From NCBI GenBank assembly GCA_016182425.1, contig JACPGP010000030.1, forward strand, positions 11,738 to 75,737: a stretch of 64,000 bases of DNA. The letters are read 5' to 3'. The notes under the pieces are model-generated. The model was not told the origin of the DNA, ran no database searches, and saw only the letters and a program-made list of their open reading frames with translations. Position numbers and translations under genes: made by a program. This stretch comes from Candidatus Levyibacteriota bacterium (GTDB taxonomy: Bacteria > Patescibacteriota > Microgenomatia > Levybacterales > UBA12049). Positions 8,701-18,650 of this stretch are shown piece after piece (within the stretch, counting starts at the first letter, position 1; every line of letters begins with the position of its first letter).

Positions 8701-9348
8701 ATGAGTAAAGCAATTCTTATTACACGACCCGACCACGACCTTATAACCACATATTTATTTCAATGGAGTGAACATGTGATACATTTAGCAAACAAGAAAA
8801 ATATAAAAGTATTGGATCTATCAGGCAAGAGAGCAAATGAGAAAACGTTTACGAGTTACATGATTAAGAATGAGCCTGTTCTTGTATTTTTTAATGGACA
8901 TGGAAACGAAGATGTTATAACGGGTTATAACAATGAACCACTAGTGGCAGTTAATAAAAACGAAAAATTACTTGAAAAAAAGATTGTGTATGCGAGAAGT
9001 TGTAATGCCGCAGAAAATTTAGGTGAATTGTGTATAAAAAATAAAACACTTGTTTTTATTGGTTATAAAAAGAAGTATACAATTTGTTATTCCCATGCAA
9101 GTGTTAGCCATCCGTTACAAGATGATATTGCCAAATTGTTTATTACTCCTTCAAATTTAGTTCCTATGTCTTTCCTTAAAGGGAATACGGCAAAAGATGC
9201 GTACAGAAAATCACAGGAATCTATGGCTCGTAATTTTTCTTATATGCTTTCTACCAGAGCAATATCTGCACAAAAAGATGCCGCACCTTATTTATGGATC
9301 AATAAAAAATATCAAGTTCTTCTTGGTGATCCAAACGCAAGCATGTAA
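8701..9348 (+). CDS. predicted caspase-like (clan CD-like) cysteine peptidase, minimal 215-aa form
   Basis: Hydrophobic strand followed by HG (PVLVFFNGHGNEDVITG), and about 37 residues later a hydrophobic strand followed by SC (KIVYARSCNAAEN). This mirrors the caspase LLSHGEEG / IIQACRG layout. Confidence 0.4.
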   Translation: MSKAILITRPDHDLITTYLFQWSEHVIHLANKKNIKVLDLSGKRANEKTFTSYMIKNEPVLVFFNGHGNEDVITGYNNEPLVAVNKNEKLLEKKIVYARSCNAAENLGELCIKNKTLVFIGYKKKYTICYSHASVSHPLQDDIAKLFITPSNLVPMSFLKGNTAKDAYRKSQESMARNFSYMLSTRAISAQKDAAPYLWINKKYQVLLGDPNASM

Positions 9349-9371
9349 TTTCCCTCGCCGTCAGCATGTAT

Positions 9372-10073
9372 TTATGTTTTAAGATTTACAAATTTCATCA
9401 GCTCTGCTATACCTTCCTCATCGCCCCATGAGGCTTCTTTCCTAATCATTTTTGCTTCCTCTGTAAATCTTCTCGTAATTGGAGCAACTTCTTGAAAGGG
9501 CAATGTCATAGGATTTACTAATTTTGGATCTAATCCATATTCAAATATATCAAGACCGTTTGCTTCACCAAATTTAAATACAAGGTCTCTTGTGTCCTGT
9601 AATGAGCTATCAAATGGTTGTTTTGTAATAGGATCAAACGATGGTCCTTGATACAACATCATTCCTTCTTCATGCGCAACTATTTGAGGGGTAGTTGTAC
9701 CAGAATAGGTAGCTACAATTGCATCAGAAAATGAAGGAGCATTTGCTCCTCGTCTTTTCTCACCAAGAGGGGGATGTGTATGAAGATATAATCTTGAATG
9801 TCTCATCCTACTAAGTAGATCGGGGTCATCGCCAATATCATCCTGTGTTCCTGTTGACAATATTACTCTATTATTTTTTTCAGTTAAGGCAACTTCAAAA
9901 GGAAGTAAAAGAAGGTTTCTTATATCATCTGGTTTAATTTCTCCTAACACTTCGTGCTCATAAAAAGTCTTTTCTGGATGAAACGCTGGACGTCTAAGAA
10001 AAGCGATAATTTCTCCTATTGGTTTAGGAGCCTGAGGGTTTTCTTGTTTTCCATGATCGCCTGGTTCTAACAT
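9372..10073 (-). CDS. hypothetical protein with divergent JAB/MPN-like HxH...SxxD motif
   Basis: LYLHTHPPLGEKRRGANAPSFSD (H-x-H then S-x-x-D with a 6-residue insertion relative to canonical JAMM), with a Glu about 50 residues upstream. Low GC. Convergent with the caspase-like operon. Confidence 0.3.
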   Translation of the reverse strand: MLEPGDHGKQENPQAPKPIGEIIAFLRRPAFHPEKTFYEHEVLGEIKPDDIRNLLLLPFEVALTEKNNRVILSTGTQDDIGDDPDLLSRMRHSRLYLHTHPPLGEKRRGANAPSFSDAIVATYSGTTTPQIVAHEEGMMLYQGPSFDPITKQPFDSSLQDTRDLVFKFGEANGLDIFEYGLDPKLVNPMTLPFQEVAPITRRFTEEAKMIRKEASWGDEEGIAELMKFVNLKT

Positions 10074-10097
10074 AGGTTAAAAGAAACAATAAAACAA

Positions 10098-10127
10098 CTC
10101 TGTTATAGTATAACAATAATAACAGAG
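10098..10127. repeat. 9-bp perfect inverted repeat CTCTGTTAT/ATAACAGAG with 12-nt loop
   Basis: Read directly from the sequence. Lies in the divergent intergenic region between 9372..10073(-) and rpoB(+). Confidence 0.6.
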
Positions 10128-10166
10128 AAATAGAAAGAATGTTTAACAGTATTCTACTATAGGTTA

Positions 10167-10196
10167 TTGACAGACCATTTGCGTTTATGGTATACA
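10167..10196 (+). promoter_or_regulatory. candidate sigma70-like promoter for rpoB (TTGACA-18-TATACA)
   Basis: TTGACA at 10167-10172 and TATACA at 10191-10196, about 95 nt upstream of the rpoB ATG. Confidence 0.3.
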
Positions 10197-10289
10197 AATA
10201 AAGCTCTCATCAAGAAAAAAATAGGAGGGTAGCTTACCCAGCTGCTTTTTTTGTTGTATTAAGAGAGAATAGGCCTGCCGGAACTTCAA

Positions 10290-13200
10290 ATGCCAAAGCA
10301 CAATACAGACGAAAATATTAGACAGAATTGGGGAAGATCGTATGCTTACCTTCCCAAACTCGACCTTCTTAATATCCAGAAAGAATCTTATAGATGGTTT
10401 ACCCAAGAAGCAATTGGCGAAATACTCAATGAAGTATCCCCGATAGATGATTTTACAGAAAAGAATTGGAGTTTACATCTGGGAGAATACCGTTTTGGTA
10501 AAACTTCCACAACTCCGCAGGTAGCACTTATTAAAGGAACAACATTTGACTCACCGTTGTATGTCAAAGCCACCCTCACCAATAAAAAGACCGGCAAAAG
10601 CCAAACGCAAGAAGTGTTTTTAGGCGATATCCCCCAAATGACAGAACGAGGAACATTTATTGTTAATGGTATTGAGCGGGCTGTGGTAAATCAGCTCGTG
10701 CGATCTCCGGGCGCATTTTTTACTGCCCTCTCCGACGCGGTGACAGGGAAAACTCTCTACATGGCCGAGATACGGCCATCCCATGGCTCATGGTTGGAAT
10801 TCGTGACCACCAGGCATGATACGATTACAGTAAAAATCGACAGGAGAAGAAAATTTTTGATGAGTACATTCTTGCGGGCAATAGGCCTTTCTTCAAACGA
10901 GCAGATACAAGACAAGTTTAAGGCAGTTTCTGAATACGACAAAAATGGTTTTGTAAAAAATACTATCATCAAAGATGAAACAGCAACCGAGCAAGAGGCG
11001 CTGATGGAGATTTTCCGCAAGATGCACCCGGGAGAGCCGGTCGTTTTGGATAAAGTAAGAGAAAACTTTCGCGGGCTGTTTTTTAATAGCAGACGTTATG
11101 ATATTGGTAAGGTGGGAAGATACAAGCTTAATAAAAAGCTTAAAGAAGTTCCCGGTTTTTTTCTCTCACAGGAGCGTTCGCTTTCGGCTGATGATATTAT
11201 TGGCACGATAAGCTATCTTATTCTGCTTACCCAGGGAATGGGCAACGTTGATGATATCGACAGTCTGGCCAATAGACGCGTGCGAAGAGTGGGCGAACTG
11301 GTCGCCACCACTGCATTTCGTGTGGGAATGCTTCGTCTTGAGCGCAGCATTAAAGAACGAATGAGCCTGATTCAGCCAGACGTGCCTGTGGTTATCTCCA
11401 GTCTTATTAACGCCCGACCCATCATGGCCTCGATCAACGAATTCTTCCGGACGTCGCAACTTTCTACGATTTTGGATCAAACCAATCCGCTCTCAGAAAT
11501 CGACAATCTCAACAGGCTGACCGTGATGGGAACGGGCGGTATATCACGGGAACGGGCGTCATTTTCTATTCGAGACATCAATAGTTCTCAATACAGTAGA
11601 ATTTGTCCGATTCGCTCTCCCGAAGGACCAAACATCGGCTTGGTAACCTACGTGGCGTCGTATGCCCGGGTCAACGAGTACGGGTTTTTGGAGGCTCCGT
11701 ACAGAAAAATTATTACCCAGATAAAAGGCGACAAAAAAGTGATAAAAGCCACAGATGAAATTGTCTACTTGGATGCCGAAGACGAGCGAAAATATTATAT
11801 AACACATGCGATGGCGGTTGATGAGCATGGTTATATTACCGAAAGCAGAGTCCCCGCGCGTTACAATGGCGAATTTTTAGAGGTCGATAAAGAGAAAATA
11901 AATTATGTGGATGTGATATCTCGTCAGGTGGTAGGCAGTGCTGCCTCGCTTATTCCTTTTGTAGCTCATGATGAGGCAAATAGGGCTTTAATGGGAACAC
12001 ACATGCAGTGTCAGGCAGTGCCGCTGGTTAAGCCACAATCACCAGTTGTTGGTACAGGCATGGAAAAAGCCGTGGCTGAAGTGATGGGGCGAGTAGTGAG
12101 GGCGCCGTTTGATGGCAGGGTAGACTTTGTTGATGCCACCAAGCTTGTTTTTGAAGGAACAAGGGGACAGAAAGCCACATTTATGATTGATTCATTTAAG
12201 CGAACAGCCCAGGCCACATCATACACACAAAAAGCCCGGGTGGAGAGTGGAGATAGGGTAAAATCTGGTCAGGTACTTATTGATGGGCCGGCAGCAGACG
12301 CGGGAGAGCTGGCCCTTGGGCAAAACTTGCTTATTGCCTATTGTTCGCTCGACGGGCTGGGATACGAGGATGCTATTGTTATTTCTGACCGCTTAGTGAA
12401 ACAGGATGTTCTTTCCTCCATTCACATCGAAAAGTACGAAGCGTCCGTGGTGGAGACAAAACTTGGACCCGAAGAAACAACACAAGACATTCCTAACGTG
12501 TCGGAAGAAGATTTAGCGAATCTCGACGAAGACGGGATCGTGGTGGTGGGAAGCGAGGTTAGCCCGGGAGATATCTTGGTTGGGAAAATCGCGCCCAAAG
12601 GAGAAACAGAGCTGACCGCCGAAGAGCGCCTGCTTAGAGCCATCTTTGGCGAGCAAGCCAGAGAGGTGCGCGACACCAGTCTTCGCATACCCCACGGCGA
12701 GCGGGGTACTGTTATAAGCGTGCAGATACTTGATAGAAAGCATGGTGATGAGCTGGAGCCCGGGACATTGCGGAAAATTCTGGTGGAAGTGGCTCAGTTT
12801 CGTCACGTGGTGGTGGGAGACAAACTGGCCGGACGACACGGAAACAAAGGAGTTATTTCCAAGATTTTGCCACAGGGAGATATGCCTTATCTTTCGGATG
12901 GGACACCGGTTGATATTGTTATCTCTCCAATTTCAGTTCTGGCCCGTATGAACTTAGGACAGCTTTTGGAAGCGCATTTAGGCTGGGCAGCTAAAACTTT
13001 AGGGATAAAAGTGGCAGTTCCTGTCTTCGAAAATATTAGTGAAGATAAAATTGTTTCTTTACTGGAGAAATCAGGTTTGCCGATAAGCGGGAAGGCGATA
13101 CTCTATGACGGCAGAACAGGTAAACCTTACGAAAATCCGGTAGTGGTGGGTATTGAATATATTATGAAGTTAATCCATATGGTGGAGGACAAAACGCACG

Positions 13201-13646
13201 CCCGTTCCACCGGTCCATATTCTCTTGTTACTCAGCAGCCGCTTGGTGGAAAGGCTCAGATGGGAGGACAGCGCTTAGGAGAAATGGAAGTGTGGGCTCT
13301 TGAGGCTCATCGGGCGCGTTACACTCTGCAGGAAATGCTTACCATAAAATCAGACGATATTGTAGGCCGCGCCAAAGCCTTTGAGGCAATTGTTAAAGGG
13401 GTTGATATTCCCACACCGAAGGTTCCGGAATCATTTAAGGTTCTTATTAAAGAACTTCAGGCACTGGCGCTTAACGTGGTGCCGATTGGAGTAATGGTGC
13501 AAAGCCATCAATTGCCACCAGCAGTTGATCAAAAAGTTGAGCAAGAAGCAAAAGAATTACAAGAAACATTAGGCGGAGAGGTCAAAGCAGATGTTGAGGA
13601 AGAGACAGGGATTCATGTCGCGGTAGCGGAGAAAGGGCAAGCATGA
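10290..13646 (+). CDS. rpoB: DNA-directed RNA polymerase subunit beta
   Basis: 1118 aa with conserved rpoB blocks throughout. ATGA overlap with rpoC. Confidence 0.95.
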   Translation: MPKHNTDENIRQNWGRSYAYLPKLDLLNIQKESYRWFTQEAIGEILNEVSPIDDFTEKNWSLHLGEYRFGKTSTTPQVALIKGTTFDSPLYVKATLTNKKTGKSQTQEVFLGDIPQMTERGTFIVNGIERAVVNQLVRSPGAFFTALSDAVTGKTLYMAEIRPSHGSWLEFVTTRHDTITVKIDRRRKFLMSTFLRAIGLSSNEQIQDKFKAVSEYDKNGFVKNTIIKDETATEQEALMEIFRKMHPGEPVVLDKVRENFRGLFFNSRRYDIGKVGRYKLNKKLKEVPGFFLSQERSLSADDIIGTISYLILLTQGMGNVDDIDSLANRRVRRVGELVATTAFRVGMLRLERSIKERMSLIQPDVPVVISSLINARPIMASINEFFRTSQLSTILDQTNPLSEIDNLNRLTVMGTGGISRERASFSIRDINSSQYSRICPIRSPEGPNIGLVTYVASYARVNEYGFLEAPYRKIITQIKGDKKVIKATDEIVYLDAEDERKYYITHAMAVDEHGYITESRVPARYNGEFLEVDKEKINYVDVISRQVVGSAASLIPFVAHDEANRALMGTHMQCQAVPLVKPQSPVVGTGMEKAVAEVMGRVVRAPFDGRVDFVDATKLVFEGTRGQKATFMIDSFKRTAQATSYTQKARVESGDRVKSGQVLIDGPAADAGELALGQNLLIAYCSLDGLGYEDAIVISDRLVKQDVLSSIHIEKYEASVVETKLGPEETTQDIPNVSEEDLANLDEDGIVVVGSEVSPGDILVGKIAPKGETELTAEERLLRAIFGEQAREVRDTSLRIPHGERGTVISVQILDRKHGDELEPGTLRKILVEVAQFRHVVVGDKLAGRHGNKGVISKILPQGDMPYLSDGTPVDIVISPISVLARMNLGQLLEAHLGWAAKTLGIKVAVPVFENISEDKIVSLLEKSGLPISGKAILYDGRTGKPYENPVVVGIEYIMKLIHMVEDKTHARSTGPYSLVTQQPLGGKAQMGGQRLGEMEVWALEAHRARYTLQEMLTIKSDDIVGRAKAFEAIVKGVDIPTPKVPESFKVLIKELQALALNVVPIGVMVQSHQLPPAVDQKVEQEAKELQETLGGEVKADVEEETGIHVAVAEKGQA

Positions 13647-16600
13647 TAATAGATAAGAAAATAAAAGATCAAACCATTGTTGATTTTAAGTCGCTGAAGA
13701 TTCTTTTGGCGAATAAAAACGATATTATTTCATGGTCGTACGGAGAAGTAATAAAGCCAGAAACAATCAACTATCGCACGCTGCGGCCGGAAAAAGACGG
13801 ACTCTTTGACGAGCGGATTTTTGGTCCAACTAAAGATTGGGAGTGTTACTGTGGCAAATATAAGCGAATTCGCTACAAAGGGATTGTTTGCGACAAATGC
13901 GGTGTAGAGGTTACCTTGTCTAGGGTACGTCGCGAGAGAACAGGGCATATTTCTCTGGCCTGTCCGGTTGGGCATGTTTGGTTCTTTAAAGGTCCTTCTT
14001 CCCCCCTTTCTCTTATTTTAGATATTCCACAAAAGAGTCTGGAATCAGTCATTTACTACGCGTCGTATCTGATCATTCATATAGACGATAAGAAAAAAGA
14101 AGAAGCACTTAGCAAATTTGCCAAGATGATGGAAGAGCGGGGAGCAAAAGCGAAAAAAGATATGCAAGAGCAAGTAAAAAGCATCGAGGAGGAGACGGAA
14201 GAGAAAAAGAAAGAGACAAAAGGAAAAAAGACTATTCCCGAACAACGGGAACTGATTGTATCCGAGCTGGAGCTGATCAAGAGGCAAAAGATTGCCGCGC
14301 TTAAAAAACAGTTCGAGGAGGAAAGCGCTAAGCTAACAGAGTTTTCAGATGCTTTGACCAAGCTCCTGAAAAGTTTAAGAGTGGGGAGCGTTTTGTCTGA
14401 GGATGAGTACTTTAAGTTTCTTGAGTATGATATTCCCGTCTTTTTTACGATCCAAACGGGAGCAGAGGGACTCCACTCGCTTTTGGGGAAAATAGATCTT
14501 ATCAAACTTATTGCTGTACTTCGTGAAGAAGCCGAAAAATCAACAGGAGCTAAGTACTTAAAAGTTATTAAAAGACTGCGGCTTATCGAGTCAATGCGAA
14601 ACGCTCAGGTGGCGCCACAGGCTATGATTATGACCGTGCTTCCTGTTATTCCGCCAGATCTTCGCCCAATGGTTCAACTGGTGGGAGGACGTTTTGCCAC
14701 CTCCGACTTAAACGATCTCTACAGAAGAATTATTAATCGAAACAGCCGTCTTAAGCATCTGATGCTTTTGGGAGCGCCAGAGATCATTTTGCGAAACGAA
14801 AAACGGATGCTGCAGGAGTCTGTAGATTCGCTAATAGACGCATCGCAGCGAAATCAAATAATTTCCGCGCCGCTTCGTTCGCTTTCTGACATGCTGCGGG
14901 GCAAACAGGGAAGATTCCGGCAAAACCTGCTGGGGAAAAGGGTTGATTACTCTGGGCGGTCGGTTATTGTGGTTGGTCCTCAGCTTAAACTATCACAGTG
15001 CGGGTTGCCAAAAGAAATGGCGCTGGAGATGTTTAAGCCGTTTGTGTTACGGGAGGTTATTGTGAGGAATCTGGCTCCCAACATCAAGTCTGCCAAGCGG
15101 TATATCGAAAAGAGGCCGCCGCAGATCTTCGATATTTTGGAGGAAATAACCAAAGATCACCCGGTGTTGCTTAATCGGGCTCCCACTCTGCATAAACTTG
15201 GTATCCAGGCTTTCTATCCGGTACTGATTGAGGGCGCTGCTATTCAGCTGCATCCTTGCGTTTGCGCAGGGTATAACGCGGATTTTGACGGAGATCAAAT
15301 GGCAGTACACATACCGCTTTCCAAAAGGGCCCAACAAGAAGCAGCAAAGCTGATGATGTCCAGCAATAATCTTCTCAAGCCGGCAGACGGCAGCCCGATT
15401 ACCCTACCAAATAAAGAGATGGCTGTAGGAATATTCTATCTGACTTCTTTGGACGAAACACTGCGCAAAGATGTTTTACCGACATTTTCCGAAATAAACG
15501 AAGCAATACTTGCCTACTCGCTGGAGAAAATACGGCTTAGAGAACCAATTAATGTGCGCATGTCAACTGGGAAGAGAACAGAAATTGTGGAAACAACAAT
15601 CGGTAGACTTCTCTTTTACGAGCAACTGCCCAAGACAATTGGATTTATCAACGAAGCAGTAAAAGCATCGGGGATAAACAGAATTATCCGCCAGGCGTCA
15701 GCGCAATGCGCGCCCGAGGAAACGGCGGATTTAATAGATGCCATAAAGAATCTTGGATTTATCGCGGTCACACTTTCTGGTATTTCTGTTTCGGTTTTCG
15801 ATAACCAGATGGTGCAAGACAAAGACAGACTGATTGCGCAAGCAGAGAAAAAGATATCAGAAACAGAGCAGGAGTATCAGAAAGGACTTATTACCATGGA
15901 AGAGAAAAAACGAATCTCCAACGATGTGTGGCTAAAGACTACCGATAAAATAGCTGACCTAACCTGGAACAGCTTGCAATCGACTAATATGATTAAAACC
16001 ATTATCGACTCAGAAGGCGCCAGGGCGGGGAAAGAGCAATTAAAGCAGTTATCCGCGATGAGAGGATTAATTTTAGACCCGCTGGGCAAAATTGTAGAGC
16101 TTCCTATTAAATCAAATTTCCGTGGTGGGCTGTCTATTTTTGAGTATGTTGCTTCTGCCCGTGGTTCTAGAAAGGGATTGACTGATTCGGCTCTAAAAAC
16201 AGCCAACGCCGGATATCTGACGCGAAGACTGGTGGACGTAGCTCACGATGTGATCGTGCGGGAAGAAGATTGCGGGGCAACCGAGGGAATCCTTATTTCA
16301 GACAGCGATAATAGAACGGCTTCGTTTGCAATACGTATAGTAGGTAGAACCGCGGCTAAAGGTGTGGTATCAAAGAAAACCAGAAAGATGCTTTTGGAAT
16401 CTGGGGAAGAAATAACAGAAGAGAAAGCAGCTTTACTTATTAAAAACGACATCCATGAAGTGGTGGTTTGCTCGGCTCTTCATTGCAAACTGGTTTACGG
16501 TGTGTGTGCGCGTTGCTATGGATGGGATTTTGCCAGGAGAAATAAAGTTGAGCTGGGCGTGCCGGTAGGTATTATTGCCGCTCAATCGATTGGAGAACCG

Positions 16601-17383
16601 GGAACTCAACTGACAATGCGGGTTCGTCATTTCGGAGGTGTGGTCATGTCGGATGTGACACAAGGACTGCCCAGGGTAGAAGAGCTTTTTGAAATGCGAA
16701 CGCCCAAGAATTTTTCTCCCATCTCTGAAATTACCGGGAAAATTACTATTGAAACAAGAGAGGACGGATATGTTATTAAAGTAAGAAACGTGCGCATCAA
16801 GCCGGTGGAGGAAAAAGAGTACTTTGTGCCATTGGCGGCAAATCTTCTTGTTTCCGATAATGAAGAGGTTATTGCCGGAACACCATTTGCCCAAGGATAT
16901 CTAGATCCAAAAGAGGTGCTCAAAGTGAAGGGGCTTACCTACACGCAGCGTCACATTATTGATGAGGCTCAAAAGGTATACGAATCTCAGGGCATTACCA
17001 TTGATGATAAACACTTTGAGGTAATTTTGCGCAAGATGTCAGACAAAATAATAGCTGAAACAATCGGAGATACCTCGTTTGTGCCGGGCGATTTTGTTAC
17101 TAAGACGCGATTTGAGGAAGTAAACGCTGAAGTAATTGCTCAGGGTGGAGAGCCGGCTACAGGAAGAAGAGTAATTTTGGGCGTTACGAAAGCATCGCTT
17201 TTTTCTGACTCGTGGCTTTCTGCAGCATCGTTTCAGGAAACCACTAAGGTGCTTACAGAAGCGGCGCTTGAGGGAAGGGAAGATAAGCTTTTAGGAATGA
17301 AGGAAAATGTTATTATCGGGCGTCTTATTCCTGTTGACTCCGAGAAAGTTGAAGTTGAAGGCCCGCCTCCTGTTGAGGTATAA
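13643..17383 (+). CDS. rpoC: DNA-directed RNA polymerase subunit beta'
   Basis: 1246 aa. Zn-finger [31 protein letters not shown] catalytic motif. Confidence 0.95.
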   Translation: MIIDKKIKDQTIVDFKSLKILLANKNDIISWSYGEVIKPETINYRTLRPEKDGLFDERIFGPTKDWECYCGKYKRIRYKGIVCDKCGVEVTLSRVRRERTGHISLACPVGHVWFFKGPSSPLSLILDIPQKSLESVIYYASYLIIHIDDKKKEEALSKFAKMMEERGAKAKKDMQEQVKSIEEETEEKKKETKGKKTIPEQRELIVSELELIKRQKIAALKKQFEEESAKLTEFSDALTKLLKSLRVGSVLSEDEYFKFLEYDIPVFFTIQTGAEGLHSLLGKIDLIKLIAVLREEAEKSTGAKYLKVIKRLRLIESMRNAQVAPQAMIMTVLPVIPPDLRPMVQLVGGRFATSDLNDLYRRIINRNSRLKHLMLLGAPEIILRNEKRMLQESVDSLIDASQRNQIISAPLRSLSDMLRGKQGRFRQNLLGKRVDYSGRSVIVVGPQLKLSQCGLPKEMALEMFKPFVLREVIVRNLAPNIKSAKRYIEKRPPQIFDILEEITKDHPVLLNRAPTLHKLGIQAFYPVLIEGAAIQLHPCVCAGYNADFDGDQMAVHIPLSKRAQQEAAKLMMSSNNLLKPADGSPITLPNKEMAVGIFYLTSLDETLRKDVLPTFSEINEAILAYSLEKIRLREPINVRMSTGKRTEIVETTIGRLLFYEQLPKTIGFINEAVKASGINRIIRQASAQCAPEETADLIDAIKNLGFIAVTLSGISVSVFDNQMVQDKDRLIAQAEKKISETEQEYQKGLITMEEKKRISNDVWLKTTDKIADLTWNSLQSTNMIKTIIDSEGARAGKEQLKQLSAMRGLILDPLGKIVELPIKSNFRGGLSIFEYVASARGSRKGLTDSALKTANAGYLTRRLVDVAHDVIVREEDCGATEGILISDSDNRTASFAIRIVGRTAAKGVVSKKTRKMLLESGEEITEEKAALLIKNDIHEVVVCSALHCKLVYGVCARCYGWDFARRNKVELGVPVGIIAAQSIGEPGTQLTMRVRHFGGVVMSDVTQGLPRVEELFEMRTPKNFSPISEITGKITIETREDGYVIKVRNVRIKPVEEKEYFVPLAANLLVSDNEEVIAGTPFAQGYLDPKEVLKVKGLTYTQRHIIDEAQKVYESQGITIDDKHFEVILRKMSDKIIAETIGDTSFVPGDFVTKTRFEEVNAEVIAQGGEPATGRRVILGVTKASLFSDSWLSAASFQETTKVLTEAALEGREDKLLGMKENVIIGRLIPVDSEKVEVEGPPPVEV

Positions 17384-17393
17384 TACATATTCT

Positions 17394-17873
17394 ATGCCGA
17401 CATTATCACAGCTTGCCAAAAGAGGAAGAAAGAAAAAAGGGAAAAAAACCCGTTCCACCGCTTTGCGGCGCTTGTACAATGCTAAAGAGCGTAAATATAA
17501 AGCAATACTTTCGCCTCAAAAACGAGGGGTGGTAACTTTAGTTAAAACAATGACCCCAAAGAAACCAAACTCAGCTCTAAGAAAAGTAGCTAGAGTCAAG
17601 CTTTCAAATAGAATGGAGGTTACAGCCTACATTCAGGGGATAGGCCACTCGCTCTCAGAGCACGGCATTGTGCTGGTTCGTGGGGGCAGAGTTAAGGATC
17701 TTCCAGGAGTAAAATATCACATTGTGCGGGGAAAGTTTGACCTTTTGGGCGTGGAGAGTAGAAAAAGATCAAGAAGCAAATACGGGACAAAACGGGGAGG
17801 AGGCGGGCCATCGCCCAAGGTGGTAGCCGGAACGGCTGCCTCCCCAAACGTGGCCGTACCAGCAGCCCCTTAA
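17394..17873 (+). CDS. rpsL: 30S ribosomal protein S12 with Gly/Pro/Ala-rich C-terminal extension
   Basis: [12 protein letters not shown] start, conserved [10 protein letters not shown] and [13 protein letters not shown]. The longer upstream ORF overlapping rpoC is rejected. Confidence 0.9.
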   Translation: MPTLSQLAKRGRKKKGKKTRSTALRRLYNAKERKYKAILSPQKRGVVTLVKTMTPKKPNSALRKVARVKLSNRMEVTAYIQGIGHSLSEHGIVLVRGGRVKDLPGVKYHIVRGKFDLLGVESRKRSRSKYGTKRGGGGPSPKVVAGTAASPNVAVPAAP

Positions 17874-17876
17874 CTT

Positions 17877-18350
17877 ATGAGGCATAAAAAGACAGAAAAA
17901 CGGGAAATATCTTTAGATCCGATATATAAGAATCGTTTGGTGGCAAAATTTGTCAATCGAATAATGCGGGATGGCAAGAAAGCAGTGGCAGAAAAAACCT
18001 TTTACCAAGCGCTTACTTTAATCGAAGGAAAGGGGCATAGTCCGCTGGATGTGTTTGAAAAAGCCCTGCAAATAGTTGCCCCTAAACAAGAGGTTAAAGC
18101 AAGGCGAGTGGGAGGAGCCAATTATCAAGTGCCCGCGGAAGTGCGAGGAGACAGAAAAGTATCGCTGGCAATTCGCTGGATAATCCAGGCCGCCAAAGAC
18201 AGACCAAGTACGCAGTTTCATACCTTCTCAGAAAAACTGGCAGCAGAACTTTTGGATGCCACCCAAAATCAAGGTGCAGCCATTAAAAAACGCGACACAG
18301 TGCATCGCATGGCCGAAGCCAACAAAGCCTTTTCCCACTTCCGTTGGTAA
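17877..18350 (+). CDS. rpsG: 30S ribosomal protein S7
   Basis: Conserved S7 sequence. Position follows rpsL. Confidence 0.9.
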   Translation: MRHKKTEKREISLDPIYKNRLVAKFVNRIMRDGKKAVAEKTFYQALTLIEGKGHSPLDVFEKALQIVAPKQEVKARRVGGANYQVPAEVRGDRKVSLAIRWIIQAAKDRPSTQFHTFSEKLAAELLDATQNQGAAIKKRDTVHRMAEANKAFSHFRW

Positions 18351-18358
18351 AAATCTTC

Positions 18359-18387
18359 TTGACAAGTTGTACAACATCTTGTACGAT
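18359..18387 (+). promoter_or_regulatory. sigma70-like promoter (TTGACA-17-TACGAT) with embedded TTGTAC direct repeats (operator-like) for antitoxin gene
   Basis: TTGACA at 18359-18364 and TACGAT at 18382-18387. TTGTAC at 18367-18372 and 18379-18384, and TTGTACAA palindrome. ATG at 18396. Confidence 0.45.
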
Positions 18388-18395
18388 ATAACCAT

Positions 18396-18638
18396 ATGAC
18401 TAATGTTGTTGCGATATCAGACGCTCGGGCGAATCTTCCAGAACTTGTAAACAAGGTACATAAAACCCTTCAGCGGTTTGTTATTACTATTAAAGGGCAG
18501 CCGAAAGCAACCTTAATCAGTGCTGAAGAACTTGAGTCTCTTGAAGAGACAGCAGAAATTCTTTCAATTCCTGGAGCAAAAGATAGTATTAAGCAGGGGT
18601 TACTGCAAGCAAAAAAAGGACAAGGGGTGTATACATAA
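18396..18638 (+). CDS. Phd/YefM family type II antitoxin (orphan, no adjacent toxin)
   Basis: ISDARANLPELVNKV ... ITIKGQPKATLISAEELESLEETAEILS matches the Phd/YefM fold signature. 80 aa. Confidence 0.7.
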   Translation: MTNVVAISDARANLPELVNKVHKTLQRFVITIKGQPKATLISAEELESLEETAEILSIPGAKDSIKQGLLQAKKGQGVYT

Positions 18639-18650
18639 TCTTGTTGAGAA

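Noticed and set aside
13643-13646. Possibility of an alternative genetic code (UGA as sense, as in some CPR lineages)
   Set aside because: UGA is used as the stop in several tight overlaps (rpoB/rpoC ATGA, rplQ/rplM, rplM/rpsI, nadE/nadD), and reading through would fuse well-defined separate genes. The standard code 11 fits.
10388-17479. Numerous antisense or out-of-frame ORFs of 60-168 aa inside rpoB/rpoC (e.g. 10388..10597, 11166..11480, 14077..14505, 16433..16894)
   Set aside because: Shadow ORFs within two very well-supported long genes. No independent signals.
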